Below, piece by piece: positions 10,292-20,071 of a stretch of DNA of 64,000 nucleotides. Made by a program: the position numbers and the translations under genes. The notes under the pieces are model-generated. The model did no database searches. It was given only the letters and a program-made list of their open reading frames with translations, and was not told the DNA's origin. Every line of letters starts with the position of its first letter. Position 1 is the first letter of the stretch. The stretch is from a virus (lineage: Duplodnaviria; Caudoviricetes): positions 1,195 through 65,194 of IMG/VR virus record IMGVR_UViG_3300032224_000782; one strand, given 5' to 3'.

Positions 10292-11419
10292 ATGAGCGTA
10301 TTTAATATTAATAATAAGAGTGATCACACACAAGCATTGGCTTTTTTAGATCCCAGTGGTGCAGTTAACCTGCAACGGTACGAGACGTTAAAGTATAGAC
10401 AGTTTGAAAAGTTAACAGACAAACAACTGGGATTCTTTTGGCGTCCTGAAGAAGTTGATTTACTACGTGATGCCAAAGACTTTAAAGAACTAACAGACTT
10501 TGAAAAGCATATCTTTACCAGTAATTTAAAACGTCAGATTTTGCTAGATAGTGTACAAGGTCGTAGTCCCAATCTTGCGTTCTTACCTCTTGCTACAATT
10601 CCTGAGTTAGAGACTTGGATTGAAACTTGGGCATTCAATGAAACTATTCATAGTCGCAGTTATACACACATCATTCGCAATGTTTACAGCAACCCCAGTG
10701 AAGTGTTTGATGAAATATTAAAAATTGAACCTATCATTAACTGTGCCAAAGATATTAGCAAGTATTACGATGACTTGATTGAAGCCAGCTTGTGGTATCA
10801 AACATTGGGAGTAGGCACACATACAGTTAACGGCAAGGAAATTGTAGTTGACATGTATGCCCTTAAGAAAAAACTGTGGATGTGTCTCAACTCAGTAAAC
10901 GCATTAGAAGGCATTCGATTCTATGTTTCTTTTGCTTGCTCGTGGGCATTTGCTGAATTAAAGAAAATGGAAGGCAATGCTAAAACTATTAAGTTGATTG
11001 CACGTGATGAAAATATTCATTTGGGCAGTACACAGACTTTGATCAAATTGTTGCCACAAGACGATGCTGACTATGCTAAGTTAAAAGAAGAAACTAAAGC
11101 AGAATGTGAAGCCATGTTCTTACAAGCAGCACAGCAAGAAAAAGAGTGGGCAGAATACTTGTTTAAAGATGGATCAATGATTGGACTTAACAAGCAATTA
11201 CTCTGTGACTATGTGGATTGGCTAACTTGCAAGCGTATGACAGCAGTTGGCCTACACTGCGGTATTAAAACAGGATCAAACCCTTTGCCTTGGACCGCAA
11301 AGTGGATTGCTGGTGCCGATGTACAAGTTGCTCCACAGGAAACAGAAATATCTAGTTATGTAATCGGTGGCACTAAACAAGACGTTGACAGTTCTACATT
11401 TAAAGGTTTTAGCCTTTGA
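10292..11419 (+). CDS. nrdB: class Ia ribonucleotide reductase beta subunit
   Basis: [40 protein letters not shown]. Confidence 0.98.
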   Translation: MSVFNINNKSDHTQALAFLDPSGAVNLQRYETLKYRQFEKLTDKQLGFFWRPEEVDLLRDAKDFKELTDFEKHIFTSNLKRQILLDSVQGRSPNLAFLPLATIPELETWIETWAFNETIHSRSYTHIIRNVYSNPSEVFDEILKIEPIINCAKDISKYYDDLIEASLWYQTLGVGTHTVNGKEIVVDMYALKKKLWMCLNSVNALEGIRFYVSFACSWAFAELKKMEGNAKTIKLIARDENIHLGSTQTLIKLLPQDDADYAKLKEETKAECEAMFLQAAQQEKEWAEYLFKDGSMIGLNKQLLCDYVDWLTCKRMTAVGLHCGIKTGSNPLPWTAKWIAGADVQVAPQETEISSYVIGGTKQDVDSSTFKGFSL

Positions 11420-12432
11420 TAAAAGTTTTTAATCCGTCGGCTTCGATTGATGTATTTGCTGATTGGTTTGAAGATAACAAATATTTTCAACCTACTACTG
11501 AATTAAAGGAAGTATTGGCACAGCCCATTAAGATAGCGTGTTTGCCTGTATTCTTTAATATTGCAAAAGTCAACAATCTAAAACAACCAGTTCCTGATAC
11601 TGATCAATTTGACTTAATTCTATTAAGCGACATAGAATATTTTACCATGGCTGAAATAGCGCAATGGATCACAAAGTCTAACATTAAAAATTATTGTTTG
11701 GCAATGGGATCATTGAAGAAAATTGTCAACATAGACAACGTTATCTATAGGCCATGGTGGGCGTTCAATTTAATGAACCGTAATCGTTACACCGACACTA
11801 ACTTGCCCAATAAACCTTTTTTATTTGATGCATTGTTGGGTCGCATTAAGCCCCATAGATCTTTGGTTATGAATAGGTTTACAGAATCTAACTTGTTGGA
11901 TAAGTCCATTGTTACGTATCGGAAAAGTGTATTTGATTATCACAACGACGATTCAAGGGATTATGTATCTCCTAATTTGAATCCTACATGGGAAGTGCAA
12001 GAAAACATAGACTATGCAGTCAGCGATCAAATGCCTTGGAAAATTTATGAACAAACATATTATTCTGTTGTAACAGAAACGTTGGGTGCAGACACATTCT
12101 TTTGGAGCGAGAAAACAACGAAACCATTATTATCGCAGCGTGTATTTGTGCATGTGGGATCTGCGGAATTTTTACGTACCTTACATGCCTTTGGCTTCAA
12201 AACATTTGGTTCGATTATAGATGAAAGTTACGATCAAATAACAAACAACAAAGACAGATGGAATGCTGCGTTTGATCAAATTGAATTATTGTCTAAGTTG
12301 GATCCTGAAGAAGTATTAACAAAAACAGCAGACATTAGACTACACAACTACAATAGACTACATGAATTTCGAAAAGAAATCAAAACACAGATGCTAGGAA
12401 TGGTATATAATAAGATAAAGGAAATAAGATGA
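11416..12432 (+). CDS. putative glycosyltransferase-like protein (paralog family A)
   Basis: [25 protein letters not shown] shared with 32241-33455 and 38011-39021. Confidence 0.5.
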   Translation: MIKVFNPSASIDVFADWFEDNKYFQPTTELKEVLAQPIKIACLPVFFNIAKVNNLKQPVPDTDQFDLILLSDIEYFTMAEIAQWITKSNIKNYCLAMGSLKKIVNIDNVIYRPWWAFNLMNRNRYTDTNLPNKPFLFDALLGRIKPHRSLVMNRFTESNLLDKSIVTYRKSVFDYHNDDSRDYVSPNLNPTWEVQENIDYAVSDQMPWKIYEQTYYSVVTETLGADTFFWSEKTTKPLLSQRVFVHVGSAEFLRTLHAFGFKTFGSIIDESYDQITNNKDRWNAAFDQIELLSKLDPEEVLTKTADIRLHNYNRLHEFRKEIKTQMLGMVYNKIKEIR

Positions 12433-12683
12433 TCACAGTATATTCTAAAAATAACTGCCCATTTTGTGTACAAGCAAAAAACTTGTTAACACTTAAAGGC
12501 ATAGAATACGAAGAAATTAACATAGAACAAAATCCAGATGCTAGGGCATTTGTATTAGAGCAAGGTCACAGAACTGTGCCTCAAATCTATAAAGATGGAA
12601 AACTACTAGTTGAAGGTGGATTCCAAGGACTATCAAAATTAACTGAAGAAGAACTCAAGGAACGTGTAAATGCTATTATCTAA
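12429..12683 (+). CDS. glutaredoxin
   Basis: CPFC, TVPQI, GG motifs; next to nrdAB. Confidence 0.93.
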   Translation: MITVYSKNNCPFCVQAKNLLTLKGIEYEEINIEQNPDARAFVLEQGHRTVPQIYKDGKLLVEGGFQGLSKLTEEELKERVNAII

Positions 12684-12981
12684 ACCCTATACCAACGGCG
12701 ACATTGTTGCTTTTAAACTAGTAAACGGCGACGAAATTGTTGCCAAATTGATAGAACAAACTACCGACGGCTGGATAATTAACAAACCCTGTACAGTTGT
12801 GCCCAGTGAACGTGGATTAGGACTCATGCAAAGCCTGTTTTCTGTGGATATAAATAAGGATGTAGTGCTTAAAAGTGAGCATGTTATGATGCATGCCCCT
12901 ACATTAAAAGCATTGGAAGACCATTACATTGAAACCACAACAGGTATCAAAACATTAGGTAAAGGTCCTATAATTACATAA
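12670..12981 (+). CDS. Sm-like fold phage protein
   Basis: FKLVNGDEIVAKL..INKP motif. Confidence 0.5.
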   Translation: MLLSKPYTNGDIVAFKLVNGDEIVAKLIEQTTDGWIINKPCTVVPSERGLGLMQSLFSVDINKDVVLKSEHVMMHAPTLKALEDHYIETTTGIKTLGKGPIIT

Positions 12982-12989
12982 GGATTAGC

Positions 12990-13328
12990 ATGCCAGGTAT
13001 AGCAAGATTAGGAGATATATTAGGTCCAGGTGGGATATTAGTGGGCCCAATTAGTCCTGATGTATTTGTCAATGGACGCCCAGTGGCACTGGAAGGTTGC
13101 ATATACACTCCCCATCCTTGTTGCGGCGCTATAGGATGTCCTCCCACACATTGTTTCGGTCCAACCTTTGCCATACCAGCAGGCGTAACAGTTAATGGCT
13201 TACCGCCTATTGTAAAAGGTAGCATTGGACTCTGTGGAGACACAGTAAAAACTGCCAGCAGTGATGTAATTATTGCAGGTGGTGGTTTAGGTGGCATTGG
13301 TGGATTGGCAGCAGGAGCATTAAAGTAA
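12990..13328 (+). CDS. PAAR-like baseplate spike tip protein
   Basis: ARLGD, VFVNGRPVA, VTVNGLP, Cys/His metal ligands. Confidence 0.8.
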   Translation: MPGIARLGDILGPGGILVGPISPDVFVNGRPVALEGCIYTPHPCCGAIGCPPTHCFGPTFAIPAGVTVNGLPPIVKGSIGLCGDTVKTASSDVIIAGGGLGGIGGLAAGALK

Positions 13329-13331
13329 ACT

Positions 13332-14339
13332 ATGACAACACCAGCAGTATATAAAGGATTAGTTCCTAGTAAAACAAATGGGGGCTTGACTCCCTTGCAA
13401 TTGGCATTGGCCAACGACATGGCCACGGGAAAATTACCTTTTGGCGTTAACATTGATTTTCTTGCCGCCATGCGAATCTATGCACACACCGATCCTTTAG
13501 TTCCAATTGATTTTGTAAATCAAGGCAATAAACAAAAAGAAGTTAACAAGATTTTCTATGTTGGCGGCAAAAACCCATTACCACAAGATGCTGGAATTTC
13601 AGACCGAGAAGCAAGAGCACCTACTGTGGCACGTAACATTGCTGGTGTGATGTATACTGTATTCGGGGATGATATTTTTATACTTAGAGAATCTCCAGAT
13701 TGTGGACCTGACGAAAGTATCTATGAGCAAACATCTGTTGGTAAAAAATCAACAGTGGCGGTGGGATCGTTTGCGTATTATGGAAGAAAAGTAATATTTG
13801 GTGGTCCTGTGTCGTCTGGATCAAATCCTGGATTTGGCGGATGTTGTTTTATTGCAGGTACAAAAATTACCATGGCTGATGGTTCTACAAAAAATATAGA
13901 AGATGTAGAAATCGGAGAACAAGTCATTGGTAAAGATAATGTTATTAACAATGTTGTGAACTTTATAAGACCCGGACTGGGTGACCGTAAACTAGTGGGA
14001 TTTAATAATGGGACAGCATTTATGACCAGCGATCATCCTGTTTATACTCAAGCTGGGTGGAAATCTTATGATCCCATTGCTACCATGGAAAAATATTCAG
14101 TATTTGAAGATTTACCAGTAACACAGCTAATGCCAGGCGATGTTATTGTAACATTAGACGGGCAAGGATTACTTATTGATTCTATACAAACGGAAGATGG
14201 TCCTGCGGAACTAGAAGTTTATAATTTTGAACTTGACGGCAACAACACCTACATAGCCAACAATCTTGTTGTACACAACAAAGGCATGTCAGCCAGTTGT
14301 AGCTCACCAGGTGCAACTGGCTGTAGTGCAGGCGGTTAA
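13332..14339 (+). CDS. baseplate-region protein with Hint (intein-like) domain
   Basis: CFIAGTKITMADG..IEDVEIGE..TSDHP..VYNFELDGNNTYIANNLVVHN at 13845-14279. Confidence 0.85.
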   Translation: MTTPAVYKGLVPSKTNGGLTPLQLALANDMATGKLPFGVNIDFLAAMRIYAHTDPLVPIDFVNQGNKQKEVNKIFYVGGKNPLPQDAGISDREARAPTVARNIAGVMYTVFGDDIFILRESPDCGPDESIYEQTSVGKKSTVAVGSFAYYGRKVIFGGPVSSGSNPGFGGCCFIAGTKITMADGSTKNIEDVEIGEQVIGKDNVINNVVNFIRPGLGDRKLVGFNNGTAFMTSDHPVYTQAGWKSYDPIATMEKYSVFEDLPVTQLMPGDVIVTLDGQGLLIDSIQTEDGPAELEVYNFELDGNNTYIANNLVVHNKGMSASCSSPGATGCSAGG

Positions 14340-14345
14340 CATACA

Positions 14346-16217
14346 ATGGCAACAACTATACCAACCACAATCTCAACCTCGGATATGCAAAATATCATTG
14401 ATACTTTGCAGGCTTCAAGTCAAAGTATTTTAAAAGCTCAATCTGCTGATTTTGCTAAAAATGCTTATGTAGACGAAAGTGAAATTTTGTTTAATCCTGA
14501 TGGAGAAGCCACAGCTGAAACTTTTGGTGTTAACAGTGGTGTTTATTTTGGGTCACTTAGCGCCCAAGGCAACATGGTTGCTATGATGCTAAACACTGGT
14601 AACATCAAACTTAATAAAACAGAAACAGGTATAACACCATACCTGTCAGGTTATTTTAGACAATACTATCAAGACCCCACAGAGTGTACATTTGGTTCCA
14701 ATTCAGTAATGCCTGCATTAACTGGTGTTATGGCAGACAAGTACACCAATATGCCAGGTAATTTTCTTTACTACGTTGATCTACAATTAACTAGATTAAC
14801 GGGCAGTAACTTATTTGATAATTTTTATTTTATCAATTCGTTTAATCAGACTCTGGGATGGATATTAACAGCAAATGATTATATTGCTGGATTGAATAAT
14901 GCTCAAGGAAATAATTTAGCCTATTACGGGTCTAAAAATTACGTAGATTTAGTGACTCAAGGGTTTAATACATACCAAAAAGGTCAAGCATTAACCAAAA
15001 CATTTAACAGCATCGGTCGAATGGTACAAAGTGTACCTGATGGGCATTTTGGTACTCCCAATGCAGTTGCTAAAACTCTAATAGATCTAGGGCTGGGTGC
15101 AATTGGTAATCTAACAACAACGTTGGCCAAAGCAGGCGTAAACTTTCAAGACATTTACAATCCTGTATACACTTCAGTTATTTCTCAAACTTTGGGATCT
15201 ATTACCAATGGATCCGATCTTGCTACAGTACAATCAGTTGTAGGTAGCAGTATAAGAAACATGAACAGTTTACTAGACTATGCAAGTATTGAAGGTGTTA
15301 GTAAATTGACCAATGACAGTGCTTTTAAAACGTTGGCAGATGTGGGCAAAGATTTATATCTAAAAGCGCCTAACTTTACATTTACCACTGGTACGGCTGT
15401 GGCTACTATGATTCAAAACATTCAATCTGAAGTCAGCGCAAATGTAGAAGCAATTAGTACAGCCACAAGTTTGTTAACTCCAGAAATTATTGCTAGTCTA
15501 CGCACATTCTTGCCACAAACCATAGACAATAAGCCTGCTAGTATACTGAATGTAATTGGAATGGCATCAGGATACTTAACTGATTACATAAACAATGTTA
15601 ATTTGGGAATAGCAAGACTTTATGCAACCAGTTATGGCCCAACAATAAGACAGTTGCTAACTGATATAACTCAGTATTATGGCGAAGTGGCATTAAGTGA
15701 TGCAGAAGCTCGGGCCGCAGACAATTATGTCCCTAGCCCACCTGTAACCAAAGCAACCGGCCAGCAAGGATTCGCAAAAAATATTGGCAGAAGTAATACT
15801 CCCATCCAAGAACCTAACTATAACACTTATTGGAGTACCCAACTTGAAGCTAAGAAAAAAGCGTACTTTGATTTGTTAAACACTATTGTGAATGACAAAA
15901 CAGGAGAGATTCCAGATATTGTCAATCAAATCAATAACAATTATGATTACGTGTGTCAGCAGTTATATTATGAATATCAAAATTATAACAAAGCAAATCT
16001 TAATACAACAGCATTCAGTGACAATAGTCAGCTATTTTCGTTTGTAAGTTCCTTGCCAGAAAACGGTGTTGATCCAATTAACATAGGTACCGACTATTTG
16101 TTGTACGGCATGTGTCAGCCAAATTCTTCAGGAGATTTGGCAAAATCTATTCTTGGCCAAAGCAAAAATAATCAAATTTTGGCCAATGCTGGAGTTCGAA
16201 TCAAAGGCATTGTTTGA
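14346..16217 (+). CDS. putative virion/baseplate structural protein
   Basis: 623 aa, N/T/S-rich, downstream of PAAR. Confidence 0.55.
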   Translation: MATTIPTTISTSDMQNIIDTLQASSQSILKAQSADFAKNAYVDESEILFNPDGEATAETFGVNSGVYFGSLSAQGNMVAMMLNTGNIKLNKTETGITPYLSGYFRQYYQDPTECTFGSNSVMPALTGVMADKYTNMPGNFLYYVDLQLTRLTGSNLFDNFYFINSFNQTLGWILTANDYIAGLNNAQGNNLAYYGSKNYVDLVTQGFNTYQKGQALTKTFNSIGRMVQSVPDGHFGTPNAVAKTLIDLGLGAIGNLTTTLAKAGVNFQDIYNPVYTSVISQTLGSITNGSDLATVQSVVGSSIRNMNSLLDYASIEGVSKLTNDSAFKTLADVGKDLYLKAPNFTFTTGTAVATMIQNIQSEVSANVEAISTATSLLTPEIIASLRTFLPQTIDNKPASILNVIGMASGYLTDYINNVNLGIARLYATSYGPTIRQLLTDITQYYGEVALSDAEARAADNYVPSPPVTKATGQQGFAKNIGRSNTPIQEPNYNTYWSTQLEAKKKAYFDLLNTIVNDKTGEIPDIVNQINNNYDYVCQQLYYEYQNYNKANLNTTAFSDNSQLFSFVSSLPENGVDPINIGTDYLLYGMCQPNSSGDLAKSILGQSKNNQILANAGVRIKGIV

Positions 16218-16364
16218 TGCTTTTTGTTCAATAAACTGCTATTATATTGTTGCTTTCTTTGCTGAAAAGCAGTATAATAGTATCACTTAATGGGTAAACA
16301 TAGCATTTATTACCGATTTTTATCTGGTATATAAAACTACACTCTTTAAAGAAAGGAGAAAAAT

Positions 16365-16940
16365 ATGGCACTAGCTGTATCAAATCGCTATTATGACAGA
16401 GTGATTTTCGCAACCCGCAGTACAATGTTACTAGTGGGCCTGGTTCTGGTGATGATGATGGTCACCGCAGTAACCAAAAATAAATTTGCATCCTTACACC
16501 GTGCAATTGAAATGCAAGACACCGTTGCCGCAACAGTTGCGGAACGCACCAAACAATTAGATTGTTTGACCAAAAACATTTACTGGGAGGCCGCTAGCGA
16601 GCCATTCGAAGGTAAAGTCGCAGTGGCACAAGTCACTATGAATCGAGTCAAATCCGGACATTACGGATCTGGCGTGTGTGGAGTAGTTTATCAGAAAAAC
16701 GTATTCTACGAAAAAGTAATTTGCCAGTTTAGTTGGGCATGTGAAAACACACACAAAATTAAACCTGTGTATCCTAAACAGTACGCAGAAAGTGAAGAAG
16801 TGGCTAAGAAAGTTTTGTTGGAGAATTTTAAATTGTCCACACTAACTGAGGCCATGTACTATCACAACACCAGTGTTCGTCCTGGTTGGAAGAAAACTAA
16901 AATCACACAAATCGGCAATCACATTTTTTATAAGGACTAA
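16365..16940 (+). CDS. cell wall hydrolase (SleB/Hydrolase_2) with N-terminal TM
   Basis: CLTKNIYWEA, GKVAVAQVTMNRV, CQFSW, IGNHIFY; AAGGAG RBS. Confidence 0.9.
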   Translation: MALAVSNRYYDRVIFATRSTMLLVGLVLVMMMVTAVTKNKFASLHRAIEMQDTVAATVAERTKQLDCLTKNIYWEAASEPFEGKVAVAQVTMNRVKSGHYGSGVCGVVYQKNVFYEKVICQFSWACENTHKIKPVYPKQYAESEEVAKKVLLENFKLSTLTEAMYYHNTSVRPGWKKTKITQIGNHIFYKD

Positions 16941-16942
16941 TT

Positions 16943-17266
16943 GTGGAAATTAAGAACTTTACCCTCTTGGGTGTTATCGTTTTAATACGTAAATTTTTTC
17001 TGGACCACTTTAAGAATATAACTGCCGAAACACTGGGATGGTTAGCCGCAATCACATTACATTGCTCTACCATTCCCAGTCTACTAGCACTGATGACAGG
17101 ACTAAGTGATCGCGCCCCTGGCGTGGACATTATCATGTTTATCTATGCCAGTTTGATCTTGTTGTTTGCAAGAGCAATCGTGTTGAGAGACAGTCTCAAC
17201 ATCATTACCATTGGCATTGGCTTTATTGCACAGGCCTTGGCAATGAGTTTCATATTGTTTAGATAA
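16943..17266 (+). CDS. membrane protein (about 3 TM)
   Basis: Hydrophobic ORF directly after the hydrolase; start uncertain. Confidence 0.6.
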   Translation: MEIKNFTLLGVIVLIRKFFLDHFKNITAETLGWLAAITLHCSTIPSLLALMTGLSDRAPGVDIIMFIYASLILLFARAIVLRDSLNIITIGIGFIAQALAMSFILFR

Positions 17267-17286
17267 CAACTACACTAGGAGCTATT

Positions 17287-17496
17287 ATGCCACAAGTTAC
17301 ACAAATTGAAGACAACGAAGAAGATTTTATTGACAGCATTGCTGACGGTGATTACATCTTTGTAGTCAGTAGCGATGGTCAATTAAAAAGTGTATTACTT
17401 CCACAGGAATTTGAAGCTGATCCTGCACCAGACTCCGTACAGCAAATTTTGACTGTGTTCGGAATTACTGGATTTGAAAATCAAACTATACATTGA
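17287..17496 (+). CDS. hypothetical acidic protein
   Basis: AGGAG RBS, 69 aa. Confidence 0.65.
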   Translation: MPQVTQIEDNEEDFIDSIADGDYIFVVSSDGQLKSVLLPQEFEADPAPDSVQQILTVFGITGFENQTIH

Positions 17497-17711
17497 ACAT
17501 GCTAAAAACATTTTTGTTAGTTAGACCACAAGCCGCCTTTGACGCAAACAACGTCGAACATAGGCGTGCCTACTACAAGTTTACTCAAAAGAACAGTTGG
17601 AATGACTGCCCTTATCAATTTGTAGTAGAAGCTCCTTACACTGACTTGTTGACCTGTATACGTCATAAAATGACAGACTACTACATTAGGCAAGAGTTCC
17701 GTAGAAGGTAA
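17493..17711 (+). CDS. hypothetical protein
   Basis: 72 aa ORF, stop lies inside the GTAATAC element. Confidence 0.6.
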   Translation: MNMLKTFLLVRPQAAFDANNVEHRRAYYKFTQKNSWNDCPYQFVVEAPYTDLLTCIRHKMTDYYIRQEFRRR

Positions 17712-17778
17712 TACCTTTGTAGTACTTGCTCGAAATTACCAATTCTGCTATAATTATGGCATACAAAGCAACAAGGAG
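17708..17778 (+). promoter_or_regulatory. early promoter cassette with GTANTAC-N4-GTANTAC element
   Basis: GTAATAC-CTTT-GTAGTAC, TTGCTC-17-TATAAT, AAGGAG. Confidence 0.8.
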
Positions 17779-17784
17779 TTGGCA

Positions 17785-18003
17785 ATGGGTTACAAGGTTC
17801 TCGCAGACAAGTTTGAAATGGACCAAATGCGTACCAAGTACGGCCCACGCAAGGGACTAGAAGGGCCTTTTAACTTCTCAGGTCGTGTGTTGTATTATGA
17901 CAACAAAGAAGGCGCTTACTACGATCCTACTACGGACTTCTATGTGGAGCAGGTGGAGATGGATGCTATCAACTCCCGCTTGCTCGAAACCCTCCAAAAG
18001 TAA
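17785..18003 (+). CDS. hypothetical early protein
   Basis: RBS AAGGAG; GLEGPF..YYD..EGAYYDPTTD. Confidence 0.75.
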   Translation: MGYKVLADKFEMDQMRTKYGPRKGLEGPFNFSGRVLYYDNKEGAYYDPTTDFYVEQVEMDAINSRLLETLQK

Positions 18004-18046
18004 TACTAAGGTAGTACTTGCAAAAAATTCATTTTGGTGTTATAAT
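18000..18046 (+). promoter_or_regulatory. early promoter cassette
   Basis: GTAATAC-TAAG-GTAGTAC, TTGCAA-17-TATAAT. Confidence 0.8.
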
Positions 18047-18052
18047 ACATAC

Positions 18053-18367
18053 ATGATGCAAAGAAAACGCCGCCAAGATACAAAACACGCTGTCTATATG
18101 TTAGTGAACACTAACACCGCAGAGTCATACATTGGTATTACTGTGTGTGGACAGCAAGTTAAAAAAGCTATCAAAGTTCGTATGCAAAAACACATCCGCA
18201 GAGCCCTTACAGAAGGCAAAGATTGGAACCTGTGCCGTAGCATACGTGAACATGGCGCTGAAGCGTTTGAAGTCGAAGTCATTGAACTTGTACGTGGTCG
18301 CAAGCCTGCACATACACGTGAGCGTGAATTGATTGCAGAATTGTGCCCACAGTTGAACCAATATTGA
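18053..18367 (+). CDS. GIY-YIG nuclease family protein
   Basis: AVYML..YIG..R..H..E..LN; probably leaderless. Confidence 0.75.
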   Translation: MMQRKRRQDTKHAVYMLVNTNTAESYIGITVCGQQVKKAIKVRMQKHIRRALTEGKDWNLCRSIREHGAEAFEVEVIELVRGRKPAHTRERELIAELCPQLNQY

Positions 18368-18377
18368 GGGGCGAAGT

Positions 18378-18728
18378 TTGAAAGTTACAATTCGAAATCC
18401 TTTGTATGCTAGACGTGCCGCATACTTTTTCACAGTACCCGAGTTTGTAGAATACGAAGGCGAAGAAGTTGCAGTAAAATGGCTTACGGGCAATCAACTT
18501 GCACTTAGTACTAACATGCCTGGTTTTCCTTTTAGGGTACTGGAACGTGACACTATTGTAAAGATTGACAACAAGGATGTGAACTTTGCACAGGCAATTC
18601 GTCGCACCATAGTTGTCAAAGGCAGCAAAGGCAACGAGTATGTGGTCACACTGGGCGCTCGACCCAGTTGCAGTTGCCCAGGCTTCCAATTCCGCAAATC
18701 TTGTAAACACATCACAGAGGCAGTGTAA
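18378..18728 (+). CDS. SWIM zinc-finger protein
   Basis: GSKGNEYVV..CSCPGFQFRKSCKH. Confidence 0.8.
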   Translation: MKVTIRNPLYARRAAYFFTVPEFVEYEGEEVAVKWLTGNQLALSTNMPGFPFRVLERDTIVKIDNKDVNFAQAIRRTIVVKGSKGNEYVVTLGARPSCSCPGFQFRKSCKHITEAV

Positions 18729-18729
18729 A

Positions 18730-18903
18730 ATGAACGAACGAATTGAACAAGGCAAAGAACCTTCAATTGAAGATATCAAAAAACGTATGGAAGAAACAAA
18801 CAACGAAAGTTTCTACCAGGCACGTGAACAAATGCGTAACGAGGAATATGGTACTTTGCCTCCAGGATATTCTTCTTGGGGAATGTATTGGAAATCACGA
18901 TGA
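18730..18903 (+). CDS. hypothetical protein (MNERI start)
   Basis: ATG 18730, GAGG upstream. Confidence 0.55.
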   Translation: MNERIEQGKEPSIEDIKKRMEETNNESFYQAREQMRNEEYGTLPPGYSSWGMYWKSR

Positions 18904-19148
18904 ACGAACGAATTAAACAACTTGAGAAACAATGCTGGAGCCATCATGTTGATGGTACGCTAGTAGATGGACAGTTACACTTTGATACAAAAAAGTTCGC
19001 CGAGTTGATTGTTCGGGAATGTGTCCAAGTTTGTGAGCCGATACTAGATGAACCTTACGAGGATATGACTGAATTTGGCAAAGGGTTAGTAGAAGGGCAA
19101 GATGTTGCCATCGAAAGAATCAAAGAACATTTCGGAGTTGAACTATGA
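18900..19148 (+). CDS. MNERI-family hypothetical protein
   Basis: KFAELIVREC..IKEHFGVE; paralog at 41879. Confidence 0.7.
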   Translation: MNERIKQLEKQCWSHHVDGTLVDGQLHFDTKKFAELIVRECVQVCEPILDEPYEDMTEFGKGLVEGQDVAIERIKEHFGVEL

Positions 19149-19429
19149 TGCAGGATTTCTACTACGAGAAAAAACGACACAGTGTGACCGAGGACTGGCC
19201 CGACGGTGTTACCCTACCGCAGGTTGCTGACCTGCTGGGTGTTGAGCGTGTGAGCTACAGGATCTACTACAGTCGCGACAATCTCACCTGCCGACTGTTT
19301 GTGTTTCGTGCTCATTGTACGCCTACTGAAATAGAAACAATGTCGGGCATGGGGTTTGTGTTTGCTAATGATGGTGATACCGAAAATATTCCTGATAAAC
19401 CAGTAGAAGAAGAGGAAGTTGAAGAATGA
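19145..19429 (+). CDS. hypothetical protein
   Basis: ATGA-coupled ORF. Confidence 0.6.
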   Translation: MMQDFYYEKKRHSVTEDWPDGVTLPQVADLLGVERVSYRIYYSRDNLTCRLFVFRAHCTPTEIETMSGMGFVFANDGDTENIPDKPVEEEEVEE

Positions 19430-19665
19430 ACTACACTGTTGAATACAATAACGAAACCGAACACTACGAACTTGTGTATTGGATGACACTGGAAGGCGGA
19501 CATCGCATCACAGCCGAATGGTATGAACTCAAAGCCAAGTCTTTAAAATCTGCTGTCGAAGAAGCAGAAGAATTAGATGCTATGATGAACATGCCCGAGA
19601 ATGCCATGCCCACTGATGAGGAGGTTGATGCTATGTTTCGATACTACAGTGAGATCAGTTCATGA
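19426..19665 (+). CDS. hypothetical protein
   Basis: ATGA-coupled ORF. Confidence 0.6.
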   Translation: MNYTVEYNNETEHYELVYWMTLEGGHRITAEWYELKAKSLKSAVEEAEELDAMMNMPENAMPTDEEVDAMFRYYSEISS

Positions 19666-20012
19666 CAACCTTTGTACTAAGTTGGGACAACACAGGTCTG
19701 GAAGCCTGTGTTAATGTCACGGAACTGGACCAACAACAAATGTGGAAAATCTTGAAGGGAGAAAAAGAAAACTCCAATCAAGGCCGTGACCATAACATAA
19801 ATTCCATTTTGAACATGTTGATGCTACGTGCAAGATTTAACACACATAGACATTATGAAATTTATGCCATAGATGTAGACGAAACACTTGACGAACAAGA
19901 CCTTAGGGAGATGTTTGACGACAATCCACAAGGTATGGCAGATTTGATTAGAGATCGTGGCCGAGAATTATACAGCGATAGAGCCAACGAAAATCATATC
20001 AAAATACGCTAA
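19662..20012 (+). CDS. hypothetical protein
   Basis: ATGA-coupled; WDNTGLE, LRARFN..RHYEIY. Confidence 0.7.
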   Translation: MTTFVLSWDNTGLEACVNVTELDQQQMWKILKGEKENSNQGRDHNINSILNMLMLRARFNTHRHYEIYAIDVDETLDEQDLREMFDDNPQGMADLIRDRGRELYSDRANENHIKIR

Positions 20013-20071
20013 ATATTAGATATGGCTAAATTAAATTTGCATTTAGCCATTTATTGTTTTATAATAACAAA

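Noticed and set aside
7984-11419. Intron or intein in nrdA/nrdB
   Set aside because: Lengths of 765 and 375 aa are normal and the motifs are contiguous
13845-14279. Canonical mobile intein
   Set aside because: No endonuclease domain, +1 residue is Lys, and only a 19 aa C-extein follows
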